Assembly: GCA_003693705.1 (NCBI GenBank)
Contig: RBZT01000861.1
Span: forward strand, 7,126 to 71,125
Length of the DNA stretch: 64,000 nucleotides
Source of the DNA: Polymyxa betae A26-41
Lineage: Eukaryota > Protista > Endomyxa: Phytomyxea
Direction: 5' to 3'
Shown here piece after piece: positions 23,286 to 38,398 of this stretch (position 1 is its first letter; the number at the start of each line of letters is the position of its first letter). Both the position numbers and the translations under genes were made by a program. The notes beneath the pieces are model-generated. The model was given only the letters and a program-made list of their open reading frames with translations. It was not told the DNA's origin and did no database searches.

Positions 23286-25573
23286 TTAGGCGACCATGGG
23301 CGAACCGGTCATTTCCCGAGGAATCTCGACACCCATTACTCGCAGAATCGTGGGTGCGACGTCATGCAACCCGGCATCAGTTCGGTTGAATTTTAGCTTC
23401 TAGAAAAGGGTCACAACTTCAATCGCTCTTGTTAAAGTACTCACCGAATCGCCTGTCATGATGAAAGGCACCGGGTTCGAAGTATGGGATGTCTTCGGGT
23501 TGCCTTCTTCATCGATCATCACCTCAGCGTTTCCATGATCCGCTGTGATGAAAAGAACGGCACCCGCCTTTTTACAGGCGTCCAGAATCACACCGATAGC
23601 TTTATCGGTTGCTTCGACGGCTTCCACCGTGCGCTCGTAATTGCCGGTATGTCCAACCTGACTTCTTTTGAATATTTCCCAACGGCACCAGTTAGGAAAA
23701 TGAGACTGTTTAAAAAAATCCAAAAGCATCACTTACCATGTCAGGTGGGGCTAAATTGCAAATTACGAAGTCGTATTCTTTGCTAATCACCGCTTTGCTC
23801 ACTTGTTCGGCAACGCCAGCAACGCTCATGGCAGGAGCAAGGTCATATGTGGCCACACCTTTGGGAGAATCGACCAAGACCCGGTGTTCGCCAGGCCACG
23901 ACTTCTCCATTCCACCATTGAAGAAGAATGTGACGTGGGCGTACTTTTCAGTCTACAGAAGCATTAGAAATCGGTTCAATATTTTTCCAGTAAAAGCCAA
24001 CCTCAGCAATGTGGCATTGCTTAAGATTGTGATTTGATAAGCATTCGGCCAGCGTCATATCCATCGACTGCGGCGGAAACACGACCGGTAACTTTGCGAA
24101 TGAAGAATTGTACAATGTAAACTGGACAACAGACAAGTCTTGAGGGACCTTCAAACTGGAATGCTCACTATTAAATCGAGTAGCAAAGACACCGAGCTAC
24201 CAGCTTACTCTGAAACGTCGAATGGAGGAGCAAGACCAATCGCTTCAACGATTTCCCTCATCCGATCAGAACGATAATCGAAAAACACGAGAGTGTCGCC
24301 CGACTTGATGACACCGTCTTGATCGAATACCATCTGATTAGAGGGTTAAAACATCAAGTTTCTAAACGTGATCAACAAATTCTAAAAATTGACGGTGAGC
24401 GTGCAGGAAAATGACAGTCGAAATATTTCAAAACATGAAATTTGATAGAAAACATAATAAAAAAAAATAAAAGAAAATTGTCCAGATACCGGTTTGAAAA
24501 ACTCGTCGGTTTCGCCGGCGGCATATCGGGCCTGGAAACACTCAACCGGCGACTTTCCGACACAAGATTCGCATTCACCGGCCATCAGACACCGGTAAGC
24601 TTTCTCGACACGTTCCCATCGTGTATCACGGTCCTATCGTTATGGCTCCCACTTCAAAAAGTGATATCTGAATGGAAGCAAAGAAAAGACCATTGCATAA
24701 TAGCGACCGGTAACGGTTGACAGTTTCCCGTATTGAATCTGGGAGAAGAAATTCTCCAGTTGCTCGACATAGGTGTAGCCTGATGAGGGTGGTGTGTCTC
24801 TGCCATCTGCAAAGAAGTGCACGAAAGCTTCCGGTACCTTGGCGCTTTTGGCCGCTATATATCGTTATAGAATAAGTATCTAATAGCAAAGGCAACAAAC
24901 ACAATTCAACAGTACAAAGAAAAATCCGAGAAGTTAACAGAATGCCAGTTTGAAACTCTAAGAAGCAGTTTGATGGCGAACCTTTCAGCAGCTCATAAAG
25001 ATGGTTAATGTGGGAATGAACACCTCCGTCGCTAACAAGCCCCAAGAAGTGGATGCGGCCCGATTTCTGCCGTGCCCGATTGAACGCCTCAACCAGTGCC
25101 GGGCGCTGCGCGAATTCGCCCTTTTCAATGGAGAGATTGATACGAACCAGATCCTAGGGAACCCAGCCTTAGCTTCAGCAGTCCACCCAAAATCGCAGCA
25201 ACAAAAAGGATTCTGTCAATTTAAAGGAATACTCCTTGGTTTGCAATTGTAAATAAAAAAACCGCAACAGCTAGTTAAAAGATCTTCTTACCTGAAATTG
25301 GACCCTACCGGAGCCAATCGTCAGGTGCCCGACTTCCGAGTTTCCCATGACACCCTACAGCCAAATCATTCACCCAATGCAGCACCACAAACGTATCCAG
25401 ACGTCTGGTAGGCCCACATCAAGGCCATGCGCCCGGATCACGGCGTACTGGCCGGATTCCGGTTTGGACAGAGAGGTCATGACAGGCGTCTTGGCAGCTG
25501 CGATGGCGTTGCCTCGCATGTCGTCGGTGATACCCCAGCCATCGATGCAGATAAGGACAGTCGGCCGGGTCAT
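23286..25573 (-). CDS. gpmI: 2,3-bisphosphoglycerate-independent phosphoglycerate mutase, multi-exon
   Basis: [84 protein letters not shown]. Confidence 0.96.
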
Positions 25574-26323
25574 GATAATGAATCTGAGAGAGCGAAAACC
25601 GAATGATGAGAAACGTAACCTCTACGGAGGAAGAACCCTACACAAGAGGTGAAGATAAGCGAACACCCGAGCGCGTATGCGTATCTTGTAAAGTTGCTCC
25701 TTCAATGTTAGATGATTTGCTGGTAACGGCGAAGCGACCTATATGCTTGCCCTTTCGGCTCTGTCATATGGGGAATCTAAGTAGGATGGAATGGAATGAA
25801 ATCGGCATGGCACTGGGTCACCATTCGTGTCATGATCTTGGTAACGAGATGAACAAATTTAATCCGCCACATCGGTATGATCTCGGAGAGAAGCTGGTTT
25901 GTGAGGAAGATCAGCTGCATGTATCTTATTTATGTTAATCACTTAGACGGGACTGCAGCTTCACAAGCAAGGACTAAAGCTTATATGTCATCGATTCGGT
26001 ACTATTTAGCAATGGAGATGTTTTGAGCATCTAAAGACCTTGGCACGAGCTAAGCCATTTCACGAAAGTGGTATATATAATCGTACCTTCGTGATGTGCG
26101 GAAGCCCACAACTACCACTTCAGCTGTCTGCTATCTGTTTCAACGAGGGTTGGCCAAAGGTATTTAATAGAAGTAATGAAGCATGTACAAGGGAATCAGC
26201 AGTCTATAATCACAGGCAAATAGATTTTTGATAGACAAACTCAGGTACGGGGTCTAGCCCTGGAGCCCTGAGCTGATAAAACGGATGTGATAATTTAATG
26301 TATTTTAACAATGATACAGAAAA

Positions 26324-28029
26324 CTACGCCTGAGAAGCAAGCAACGCATGGAGATCAATGGCAATTTCAGCAACATTTGCTGGCTCTGAGAACTGTTTGT
26401 AGTCAAATTCCAGGGCGGAAAGTAACATAATGCCTTCGTTGCCCATGAAGTAGACAGTGTGTCCCAATGCTTGCAACATTCGGAACTTCGTTGCATTATC
26501 CTTTTCGCCGTTTAGGCACTCATGAAGGCTAGAAATCATCTGAATAGAAATATCGTCTCGATCTTGCGCATCATCAGACTCGAAATGCAGCTGTAGAGCG
26601 CAATTATACCTGACAGTAAAATGAGCTATCCGAATCAATTTTACTGAGAGCGTACATACATCACAGTCGCCGCCAGCATACGAGTAGTCTTCTCCTGTGA
26701 CCTCAACGCATTGCACATCGATTCCACTATCCGCCTATCTAGCGCCAGGTTATGTGAAAGACTTCCATGAGATAATACATTAGAAAGACTGCATAAAGCC
26801 ATCAACTGCACAGGCATGGAAGTACCAGCGCTAACGAATCGTTGGAGCATGGTAAAGATGATTTGAGTGTTAGATTGCAGAACGGCCTTGGCAAACTTCC
26901 TTACTGAAAGAGCCAAACGAAACAGAGCAAGAACAGAAAAAGCTTTTCCAACCGGAATTTCAGAGATAAGCCGCTTGAAAACCGGTAAAGAATCCAAATT
27001 TGGATCCGGTGAGGATTCACGCAGCTGTTCCACGAGCGCAGAAAGAATGTTGCGATCCGAGTCGGTAAGGAACGGTTGCGACTTGAGCTGTGTAAAGAAT
27101 TTTGCTGCATCCTTATCGACGCTGATTAAAGGTGATGAAGACACAGTTATATGCCTCAACTTCAGCTGTGGAAATAAATCGGGCCGAACTAATCTCTTCG
27201 GGCTAGCAGCGCGAGAAACCGGTCTGGATAAGTAGTTAACATTGTGAACGGAACTGGATCCAGAGCCGAGATTACGATTTCGGAGCTGCTGACGAAGCGG
27301 CAGCGGGATTCAATATGGAGGCCGACGCCGAAGCTGGAGGAGGCTCTTGCCATGGAACTATGCCGCCACCGTTAGCCCGCATTTGACTTTCGAACTGCTC
27401 TAGTATCGGCACAAAAGACATGCCTAACCAGATGAGAATCAGACAATTCTCATCGACAAATATATTTTACCTAGAGGTGTGCTCATAACTTCATCGGGCA
27501 ATCCAGTGATAAAGGCTGGAATTGGTTTTCCAGTGAGGAAAAGAGCCACCTAGCAGCTGACAAGTTAGCGTAAACCTTCTATTTGATGAAGACACAGTAC
27601 TTCGTTGGCGAAGTTATTACAATTATGCCGAAGAAGATTATAGGTCTCGGCTGTGAAGCGATGTGAGATCTCACGTAGGAATTCTGTCAGCCTCATTTGC
27701 GTCACCGTCTAGATAAAAAGGCATGGCTTCAGACGAACAATATCTATCGTTGTAGTCATCCATTCATACAGTTTCACCTAGATCAATAATTTGAACTGGC
27801 CTGCCAGCCGCGGTACATCCAGGCGTTGACATTTGTATGCCACCACCATAAAAGTATTCACGACCGAATACGACGACACCAGAATGCCAAATTCCATCGA
27901 TTTGTTTCCCAAGAAGCATAGGCGACATTTGCCTGGCCATCCCCTGGCGAAATCTCACAATGAATGTCGCAAACAAAAAAACCAGCATACCTGGGAAAGA
28001 TCGTACAGATAGAGCTGGACCTTGACCAT
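26324..28029 (-). CDS. DESI1: PPPDE/DeSI desumoylating isopeptidase fused to a C-terminal PUL domain, multi-exon
   Basis: VQLYLYDLSQGMARQMS...IDGIWHSGVVVFGREYFYGGGI, YNLLRHNCNNFANE, IPAFITGLPDEV; C-terminal ARM-like PUL region (AFSVLALFRL, FRMLQALG). Confidence 0.85.
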
Positions 28030-28848
28030 ATCGCTGACAACAGCAGCGAGCTCACGAAGACAACGATCTGGAAATGTCGACTGACGAGTAATGGGACAGA
28101 GCGTGGGCTGCTCCGCTTCCGTTAAGAAGCGATGAGAGCGATTAGGAGAGAGACGCGATAGAGAGTCAGCTGGTAATGAGGGCTGGCTACGTCTTCAATC
28201 AAAGTACAGTAATAAGCCGATACTGCCAGAACAGTCTGAAGGCAGGTTGCGGAACTGTCCCCCACTTCTCCTCATAAATATATGTCATTTGCTAATTCTC
28301 TCTTTCGTCTCGTTTGGGATGTGGTCGTTGAGCTCTGACTGTTGCATTCGCACCAGCCTACATGGAGGCAAAGCCAAATAACTGTAACGACGAATATCAG
28401 GGCACCTTTTCAGTGCTGGAATAAAATCCTAAAAGTTTACAAACGAGCGTCTAGCTTGATAACGGGGTCAGCTTCAAGATAATTTCAATGCTTGAAATGA
28501 GTGCTAAGACACTGGGTTTCACAGTTCAATTATTTGAAGAAATTGCTTCAAACACGTTAAGAGTCGTTTTAGAACTCAATCAAACGCAGATTTTCATGTA
28601 GAATCTTGGAATCGAACTCACTATCAACGTTTAAATCAGAAGGATTCTATCGGTAGTAATTATGTATTGGAGCTGCAGTTTTAAATGACGAAATTCCAGC
28701 AGAAGAAAGCCAAAAATTATAGAAATATATTCCGTGACGGAGTCCGCGTTAACAACTCGCCAGCGTCAAAGCGGATCGCGTTCGCATCCTGCCCCTGAAC
28801 CGCCTCCGCTCTTCTCTCGTCGTCTGTCGGCTTTCGCACCGTCCCTGA

Positions 28849-31337
<2,489 letters not shown>

Positions 31338-31398
31338 ATCTTTCGACGAAAAGCGAATATGCCTTTGAGTACAAATACATCACTACAAAACGTCGAAT

Positions 31399-31704
31399 TT
31401 ATTGCATCGGAACGCCTCCTTGCCCTTTTAACTGTTTATCCAACTCGATCAATGACGCCTCACGCTCCATAGAAACAGCCAGCGGGAATCCCAATAACAG
31501 GAATGATGTTGCCAGCATCCAGGCCAGAGAGCCAGTTTTTGTCAACGTCGTCGATGTATAGACTTTCATTGTCCTGAGAGTCGGATGTAGGCGATCCGAG
31601 ACGCGCTCGAAAAAAGAGCCTTCATAATCCGATTCGTAATCGCTTTCATAGTCCGAATCCTCGTTGATGAGGGCATCGTTGGCCATTTCTTGAACTTTGG
31701 TCAT
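31399..31704 (-). CDS. TOM22: Mitochondrial outer membrane translocase receptor Tom22, intronless
   Basis: Acidic N-terminus, SFFERV, TM with conserved W...T/S...P (AWMLATSFLLLGFPLAVSMEREA). Confidence 0.8.
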   Translation of the reverse strand: MTKVQEMANDALINEDSDYESDYESDYEGSFFERVSDRLHPTLRTMKVYTSTTLTKTGSLAWMLATSFLLLGFPLAVSMEREASLIELDKQLKGQGGVPMQ

Positions 31705-32066
31705 AGACGGTGTTGGATGGAATGGATCTAACGTCAATAAATGTAGAGACGGCCTCCGTCCCGGACTAATGATCCTGGCTCCGCAAGTTACCCGCTCTTA
31801 TTGCTGACGACCCTCACATCTTCCAATTTCGTAACAAGATCGTTGGTTGGCCTTTCTCAATTTGTATTTAAGCGAATAGCTCTGTAGCAGCGGTTGCAAA
31901 ATAGTGTATCACGGCCGTCAGTAAGACAGTCTTGGTTTACAAAACGTAGACAAAGAGATTTCGAAGCATACTTCTTGCAGGAGCTCGAACTGAGCACATC
32001 ACAAAAAAAATAAAGACTGTATTTCATATAGTAGATGGATGGGATGAAGCATCACGAATCGCAATC

Positions 32067-35000
32067 CTACTGGATCGTGGTGATCTTTTCCCTCAATAAA
32101 GCCGGCAGCTTGGCAACGATCTGGTTCATCATCGGTGCGGGCAGCTGATGTAACAATGGGGCGATGCGCCGATCGAGCGCCTCGTTGGACAATTTTGTAC
32201 GATACACGTCGACGAGGATCTGCACAAGATTACCAAGATTGCACATATCGTGCCCAAGAGCATGAACACTATTGCTAAGGGTATTGATCGGTTAAATGAG
32301 ACGAGCATATAGCGCATCACCGACCTTTGAATGAGATCACAAAGAATGCTAGTACAGATAGCGCTCTCTTGGACATCGTCTCTGAGTGGCAACATCGAGA
32401 TCCATAGAGGAGTTAAGCGAGCACAGTCGACACGGTCAGCTTGATATCTGATGATACGGCCAAGAGCAGCAATCGCATTATCCGTCGCTTTTCGGCTGCC
32501 TACATAGGAAAATTGATGTTAGACCAGCAGAGAAAAGAACAAGCTGGAACCTGCTTGTTTGGATGCGGGATGTTGCATCATCTCAATTAAAGACTGAGAC
32601 GTCGTCGCTGCATATGGTGCGAAATGAGCACCCGCACATTGAGCACAGACTGCAAAACCATACGCTACCGCCTAAAAACATCCCAATCAGCAAAGTGCAT
32701 TGTTCGGAAAAACACGCAAATAAGCATCCCTTTTGGATTACGAATTGGCAATTATTGCAAGAGTAACTAAAAAATCAACAGTACCTGGCGGATATCGGGT
32801 TCAGAATCATTCAGATAACGGCCAACGAGCGGCAATAGTGACGAAATGTAGGGTCCGGATTCCAAACCCATCGCCTATCCCGAGTCAGAGAGAGCAGGTT
32901 TAAATATAGGAACAGCGAACCTCGACAAAATCATCAAAGATAAAGATGGCGATCTTGCGCGGGATGAGGCCGGCGCTTGGGTCCAGCATCTGTGCCAGAA
33001 CTGGAACAGTTTCGTTGAAGACCGGCATGAAGTGATTCTTCAGCGCCTTTATCATGGAACCGAAACATTCGGCCAGCATGTACTGCAGCTGCTCTTCAGC
33101 TTCTTTAGTGGCTGCATGAGCTTCCTCATCGTCGTCATCGTCGGCTTCATCATCTCCCGTATGACGATTAGCATGAGATCGTGCACGCTGCTCGGCTTGC
33201 TGCACCATCTTGATAATTTGGTCTTTGACATTCCGCACCAGATCCAGAGGAAACATTTCAACAGCTCTAGGGCCACATTTATCGAAACTCAGCTGAATAG
33301 CATTGACGAAAATCGACAAGCAGTAGACGTCTTCGTCTTCAACGAGAACATCTAACAGGGACTTGACAGCAAGCGAAGCCAAACGTTTCGGTGCATCGGC
33401 GTCGCATAGACCGGCATTGTTGGCATCTAGGGCGCAAAACAGTAGATCGGGAAGGGCAGTTGCCGCACTCTGCTTGATGTTTTCTTCGAAATGAAATTTC
33501 AGAAGCGGTAAAAGAGTGTCAACAGTCTGGGGAAGATATCGTAAGAAATCCTTCTTCAGAACAGCAACAAAAGACCCCAGTGCAGAGCAACCCAAAGATT
33601 TCTCTTCAATCTGATTCGTGCTGATCCCGTATTGCTCGTCGCCAATCTCAAAAATCTGCTGTTCACCGCGATCCTCTTCGTCGTCATCATCAACACGGCC
33701 CAGAACGCATTTCGTCTGGGCGCTTTTCAAAACCGTCGGTACGACCACATCGCAGTACAAAGCGAATCCGGGACCCAGCGCCGTACAGATCCTCGTCCAG
33801 GCCTGGATCATGTACGAATACGACGGGTCATCAGATGCAAACGCGCCGGCCTGGACGATCTTAATCGTGGCCTGCATTACTTCATTGGCATCGGGAGCGA
33901 AACGTTCATGACCGACAGCCATTCCGATGAAGGTGACACATTCAAGGGCGCGACCGCGGAACATGGCGTCCTCCGGGCCGTTTGCATGACAGATCGCGTA
34001 CTTGAGCAGCGGGACGAAATGGTCATAGAACTTGGCGAACGACGTGGAGATGCATTCGGCAATGGACGCGATGGCCGTCATTGCTTGCTCTTGAATAATG
34101 CGTTGTGGTCGCTGTAGCATATGATAGAGACTGGAGACCAGTGTATCGGCATATGTCTGTAAGATGGTACCCTGGCAATGCTCACTGAAATTAATGATGG
34201 CAGCAGCAGCATGCGATTGAACGCGCGGATGCCGTCCTTGATCCATTGCCGACAATAACGCCGGTAAGATGAGCCCGTGAAAATCGTTCTGGATATCTGG
34301 GCCGAAATCGGTACACATCTGTCCGATGCAGTTTATAGCCGCATACTGGACGTATGGAGAGGCATCATCGACGACGTAGTTGACTACAATGCTCACCATT
34401 TCTGAGAGTCGTTTCACCGAAATGACTTCGCTCGCCTATCCAGATCGTAGTCAGCCAAAGATCGAAAAGAAGAGCATAAAACAAACAGATAACAAAGCTA
34501 TGTTTTCCTTCTTTTCCACAAAACTTGAGAAATATGCCTTAGAACAGATTAACGGCGAAACAAGCCCACCTGAGTGAGAGCCATCAGGCCAGCGAAACGC
34601 GATTTCCATGAGGCTTTATCAGAAAGCGCCTTGCCAACCAATGTCAAGATGATGGGCGTGATCTTCTTGCCGCCGATATTCCGCGCAATACGATCAATAG
34701 CCGATTCCGCCTGCAATTCCAAAAGGTTAATTTGGAGCACCAAACATCTAACCGGAAAGTTACCGCGCCGAATCCAGCATCCTCACTGGCCTCCCATGGC
34801 TTAGCAGCATGATTCCAAGTGTCTTCTTCTTCATCGAAAGCCACCATCAGAGCCAGAGCCAGGGCAATACAAGACTCAAGCAAGGCCGTACATTTTCTGC
34901 TCGCATTTGGTGCGCCTGCAGCCAAGTCATTTTTTAATTCCGAACAACCTGATGACCATTGACCTTCCACAAGCGTAGCAGCCAACTCCAGAAGTAGTTG

Positions 35001-36121
35001 TTGAACCTCGTCATCAACACTGTCCTTGTGGACAATAGCGTGTGATATCATATCGACCACTGCCTGGAAATCGGGCCGGAAGAAGGTCGCCGAGCGTGAG
35101 GCCATCTCGATGAGGGAGGACAAGACGCTTTGGGTGGCATCATCGCCGGTCAGAAGCAGATCGCGAGCCACTGTTAGCACTGGAGCACGAATGCCCTGAA
35201 AGACCTGAACCTGGGTCTCGTCCACATTCTTGAAAGTGGACGCCACTGCATTCAGAGCCGATGTTCGTACGCTGATTGAAGAATCCGCCAAACCACGAGC
35301 GAAAAGCTGCACCAGAGCGCCTAGATTGTTGCTTTGGACATCGGGTAAAGCATCGCCGATTTTACCCAGAACGACCAAGGCCGACTACCAAAGTACGCCC
35401 CGTTCAGAACGAGGACCAGTACGCAATGAAACGCTCACCTCTCGCAGAGCTTCAGAAGGCTGACGCGACATTTGTTCCAAGGAGGGTACCAGCTGGTCCC
35501 ATTCACCGCGATATAGTGTGATTTGGGCCAGCTCGGCGACCGTGTCGCAGAGCAGCTTGCGGACGTTCGGCAGGGGTTCACGGGCCAGCGCCCCGAGCAG
35601 CTGCGTCTTTAGATCTGCCTGAAGACCCGCCGTCAACTTATTGAGGACCATTGGCTCGCCAATCGGCAGATTGCGCCTCAGCAGGACTGAACACAGCGCC
35701 CGGGCCTGTATCATGAAATCAGTAAATAGGGCATGGTTCAGATCTCAAAAGCTGACATTTCAGCAGTGCAATAAACCAACTTGCATCAACATTGAAAGCG
35801 GCACCAAAATCCCATCCAAGCAAAAGCGACTTTTTTCTATCGTCAAAATAAACAACATGGAAAAACTGCTGGGATTCAGAAAGAATAAGACACTGCGGCT
35901 AAATGCAGAGAAACAATACGACAAAGCAAGATCGCACCGACCTCCGGTGGTGTCGAATCCTGGGAAACGAGATGGACCAAAGCTCTGATCATCATTTCCG
36001 GATTCAGGTCGATCTGGGCTCGGATTGTCTTCTCGGCCTCTTTCTGGACGGCACTGTTCGTGGACATGGCATTGGCCAGCAGTCCGAGGACAGTGTTCAG
36101 GGTCTCCTGCGAGTCAGCCAT
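32067..36121 (-). CDS. IPO5: Importin-5 / Kap121 (karyopherin beta-3), multi-exon
   Basis: ALCSVLLRR, HPRVQSHAAAAIINFSE, FRGRALECVTFIGMAVG.ERF, YMIQAWTRICTALG, LLKFHFEENIK, ATDNAIAALGR, LPLRDDVQE. Confidence 0.92.
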
Positions 36122-37017
36122 GGTGCAAATGAGGTCGGAGCCCAGATGGCAGACGCCTTCCTGCACCTCCTATTCTGTTCCTCGAACCACGAACGCAACT
36201 TACGGACTCCGTCGATCTGGGTCTTTGTTCTTCGGCCGCAATTTCCACATTTTGCTCTTCGTTCTCTATTTCACTCATCTCGAAGCATTCTCATTGATAT
36301 CATTTATCATGGGCCCAAGAGCAGGTTTCAGTTTTATAGATTCCGGTTTCAAACCCGCTATACAATGTGTGGTAGAATTTTGACATGTTCTGGAAACTTT
36401 GGGTCCCATGCCTATTGTTCTCTTGCGCAGGCCGTCAGCGAGAAGCATCTCATCCTTTATGAGCTCCGTCTAGTTTCATCGCAATCATTTTGTATGTCGC
36501 GACCATGCTCCCTAGACAATGCCACGAGAGAGAGAGCTGCCTTCTGTAAAGGATAGAATCCAAATAAACGTGACGTTACGTAAACTTTTCAGCATTACAG
36601 TCGAGCACTTGTAGACCTCCATTTTCAATATGAAGTGAGTCTATCAAGTGTAACGATACAGTGAGTAGTGGAACCATATGACTCGCTTATATTCAGCTAT
36701 CCTATCTACCATCACCCATTCTGTTGGCACTCGCAGAAGCAGCCAGGCCTTTGGTGAACTATTGATTGCCTCATGGGGCTTCGCTCCTCCTGAATTGCTA
36801 GGTGACAGTTTATCGCAGATCGAAAGACGATGAAACAAGTTTCAGTGGTTCACAATAACATGTTCGAGAGATCGATCTGCCCGAAATGTACGAGCTTTTT
36901 CAGAACGTTAAGCGGCGACGACATTGCAGCAGTTGAATACATTACAACTGCTACTATACAATAATTACAGCGAACATAGAGGGTGAGCTACGCCTTCAAT
37001 CCCAGAAAGTCAACAAT

Positions 37018-38169
37018 TCATCTTTCCGTTGTATTGAATGAACCCTGCAACGATTTTGCCATTTCCACGAATTCTTCAATCTGCTGGGATGAATTGACAT
37101 GAACGACATCCTTCGGGAACCCATATGACATTATTGGCGTCGGAGTCATCGCCGGCTGTGACGTTCTCACTCGAAATTCAGCCGCGATTCGTTGAATATC
37201 CGGGTCAAGTCGTTTCTCATAAAGCTCAGGCCAAGTAAACAGAAGCGAATCCGTAACAGGAGAAAACGGGTTGAAATCCACAAGGAATACATTCTCGTCG
37301 ACATCCAAGCAAACATCGAAAACGAAATCAGGGTCGGGAAAATTGTCAACGATCCGTCGATCGAAGAAATCCTGGATACGATCACGAAGATCGTCGACAA
37401 CGCCTGGCTTAACCAGATCCGGGTAGAAATTCGAATCGTCCCGTTGCGAGACGGCAGCTAGATGTCGATCTACGACGAAGCAACGAAACTCACGAACCGG
37501 GGCAACATATGACCATTGCCGGAGACATAGCCTGTAGGAAACGTCCGGTTTTGCTTCGTCTTCATCGCATGCCTCAAATCTACATTGAATACATAAGAAA
37601 AATGCAAAACGTTCTGGTAAAACATAGTACGGTTGCACCAGGTCGTGCTGAACGAATTCGGAGGCTTTCAGAAGCAGGAGGACGTCGCTGGGGCTGACAC
37701 ACTTCAAGGTGCCGGTACAAGCAATCCAGGTGGCATCCTTCGGCGAGCTCCAATTTAGTTTTGGGAACACTTCACCACCCAACTCTTGAATCAGATGACG
37801 AATCTGCTCGATCTCAGGGAATTCGGGCAACGGAGCAATGCTCTTTGAATCATCTTCGCTATCCGATTCGGTGTCGGTTATAGGGACGTCATGCTGTTCC
37901 AGGCCTTCATCAACGGATGCCAATGATAATTCTGAGTCGGATGAGCTGTCGTCGTAATATCGTTTTCGCTTCAGCTGTTGTAGTTCTGCGCCGGGCGGTA
38001 GAAAGAATCCGTCTTGGTTCAAGTAGGCGACAAATTCAGAAGACAGATCAATGAAACGACTCTTGATCGTCCAGCGTTTATGATCTGGATACCATAGATG
38101 AATTTGGCAGTTCATAACCTGCTGTGCGGATGGAACCGGGTCCTCATGAGATGTATCTCTTGACGTCAT
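37018..38169 (-). CDS. CDC123: Cell division cycle protein 123 (eIF2 assembly factor, ATP-grasp), one 51-nt intron
   Basis: CQIHLWYP, FVAYLNQDG, VFPKLNWSSPKDATWI, LLLLKASEFVQHDL, EFRCFV, AVSQRD, LVDFNPF...TDSLLFTW. Confidence 0.93.
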   Translation of the reverse strand: MTSRDTSHEDPVPSAQQVMNCQIHLWYPDHKRWTIKSRFIDLSSEFVAYLNQDGFFLPPGAELQQLKRKRYYDDSSSDSELSLASVDEGLEQHDVPITDTESDSEDDSKSIAPLPEFPEIEQIRHLIQELGGEVFPKLNWSSPKDATWIACTGTLKCVSPSDVLLLLKASEFVQHDLVQPYYVLPERFAFFLCIQCRFEACDEDEAKPDVSYRLCLRQWSYVAPVREFRCFVVDRHLAAVSQRDDSNFYPDLVKPGVVDDLRDRIQDFFDRRIVDNFPDPDFVFDVCLDVDENVFLVDFNPFSPVTDSLLFTWPELYEKRLDPDIQRIAAEFRVRTSQPAMTPTPIMSYGFPKDVVHVNSSQQIEEFVEMAKSLQGSFNTTER

Positions 38170-38259
38170 TGAAACTCTGGCAGGATCTGACAATTGCAAT
38201 TTTACTGCAAATATTTCACAGAACACAGGCGCAATTTTTCAAATGGCCGACTTTAATAA

Positions 38260-38287
38260 CTGCGCAATAACATCTGCGCAATAACAT
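38260..38287. repeat. 14-bp tandem duplication CTGCGCAATAACAT x2 upstream of CDC123
   Basis: Exact direct repeat seen in sequence. Confidence 0.7.
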
Positions 38288-38398
38288 TCTTGTAGTGAGA
38301 TTCGAATTGGCTTGGTCTAGAGACTCGTCGGAATTTTAGCTTGCAATTGGCAGAGTTTATTTGCAACAGTTTTAAAATTACACTTAAATGGTTGAAAA

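Noticed and set aside
25603-26231. Short ORFs in the iPGM/DeSI gap (similarly 36644-36838 and 62777-63458)
   Set aside because: No motifs, no convincing splice structure; cannot be distinguished from random or decayed sequence
37580-37630. Apparent peptide insertions in CDC123 (also ABCE1 31063-31110 and SMC5 62534-62584)
   Set aside because: They are in-frame, stop-free GT-AG introns of 48-51 nt read through by the ORF finder
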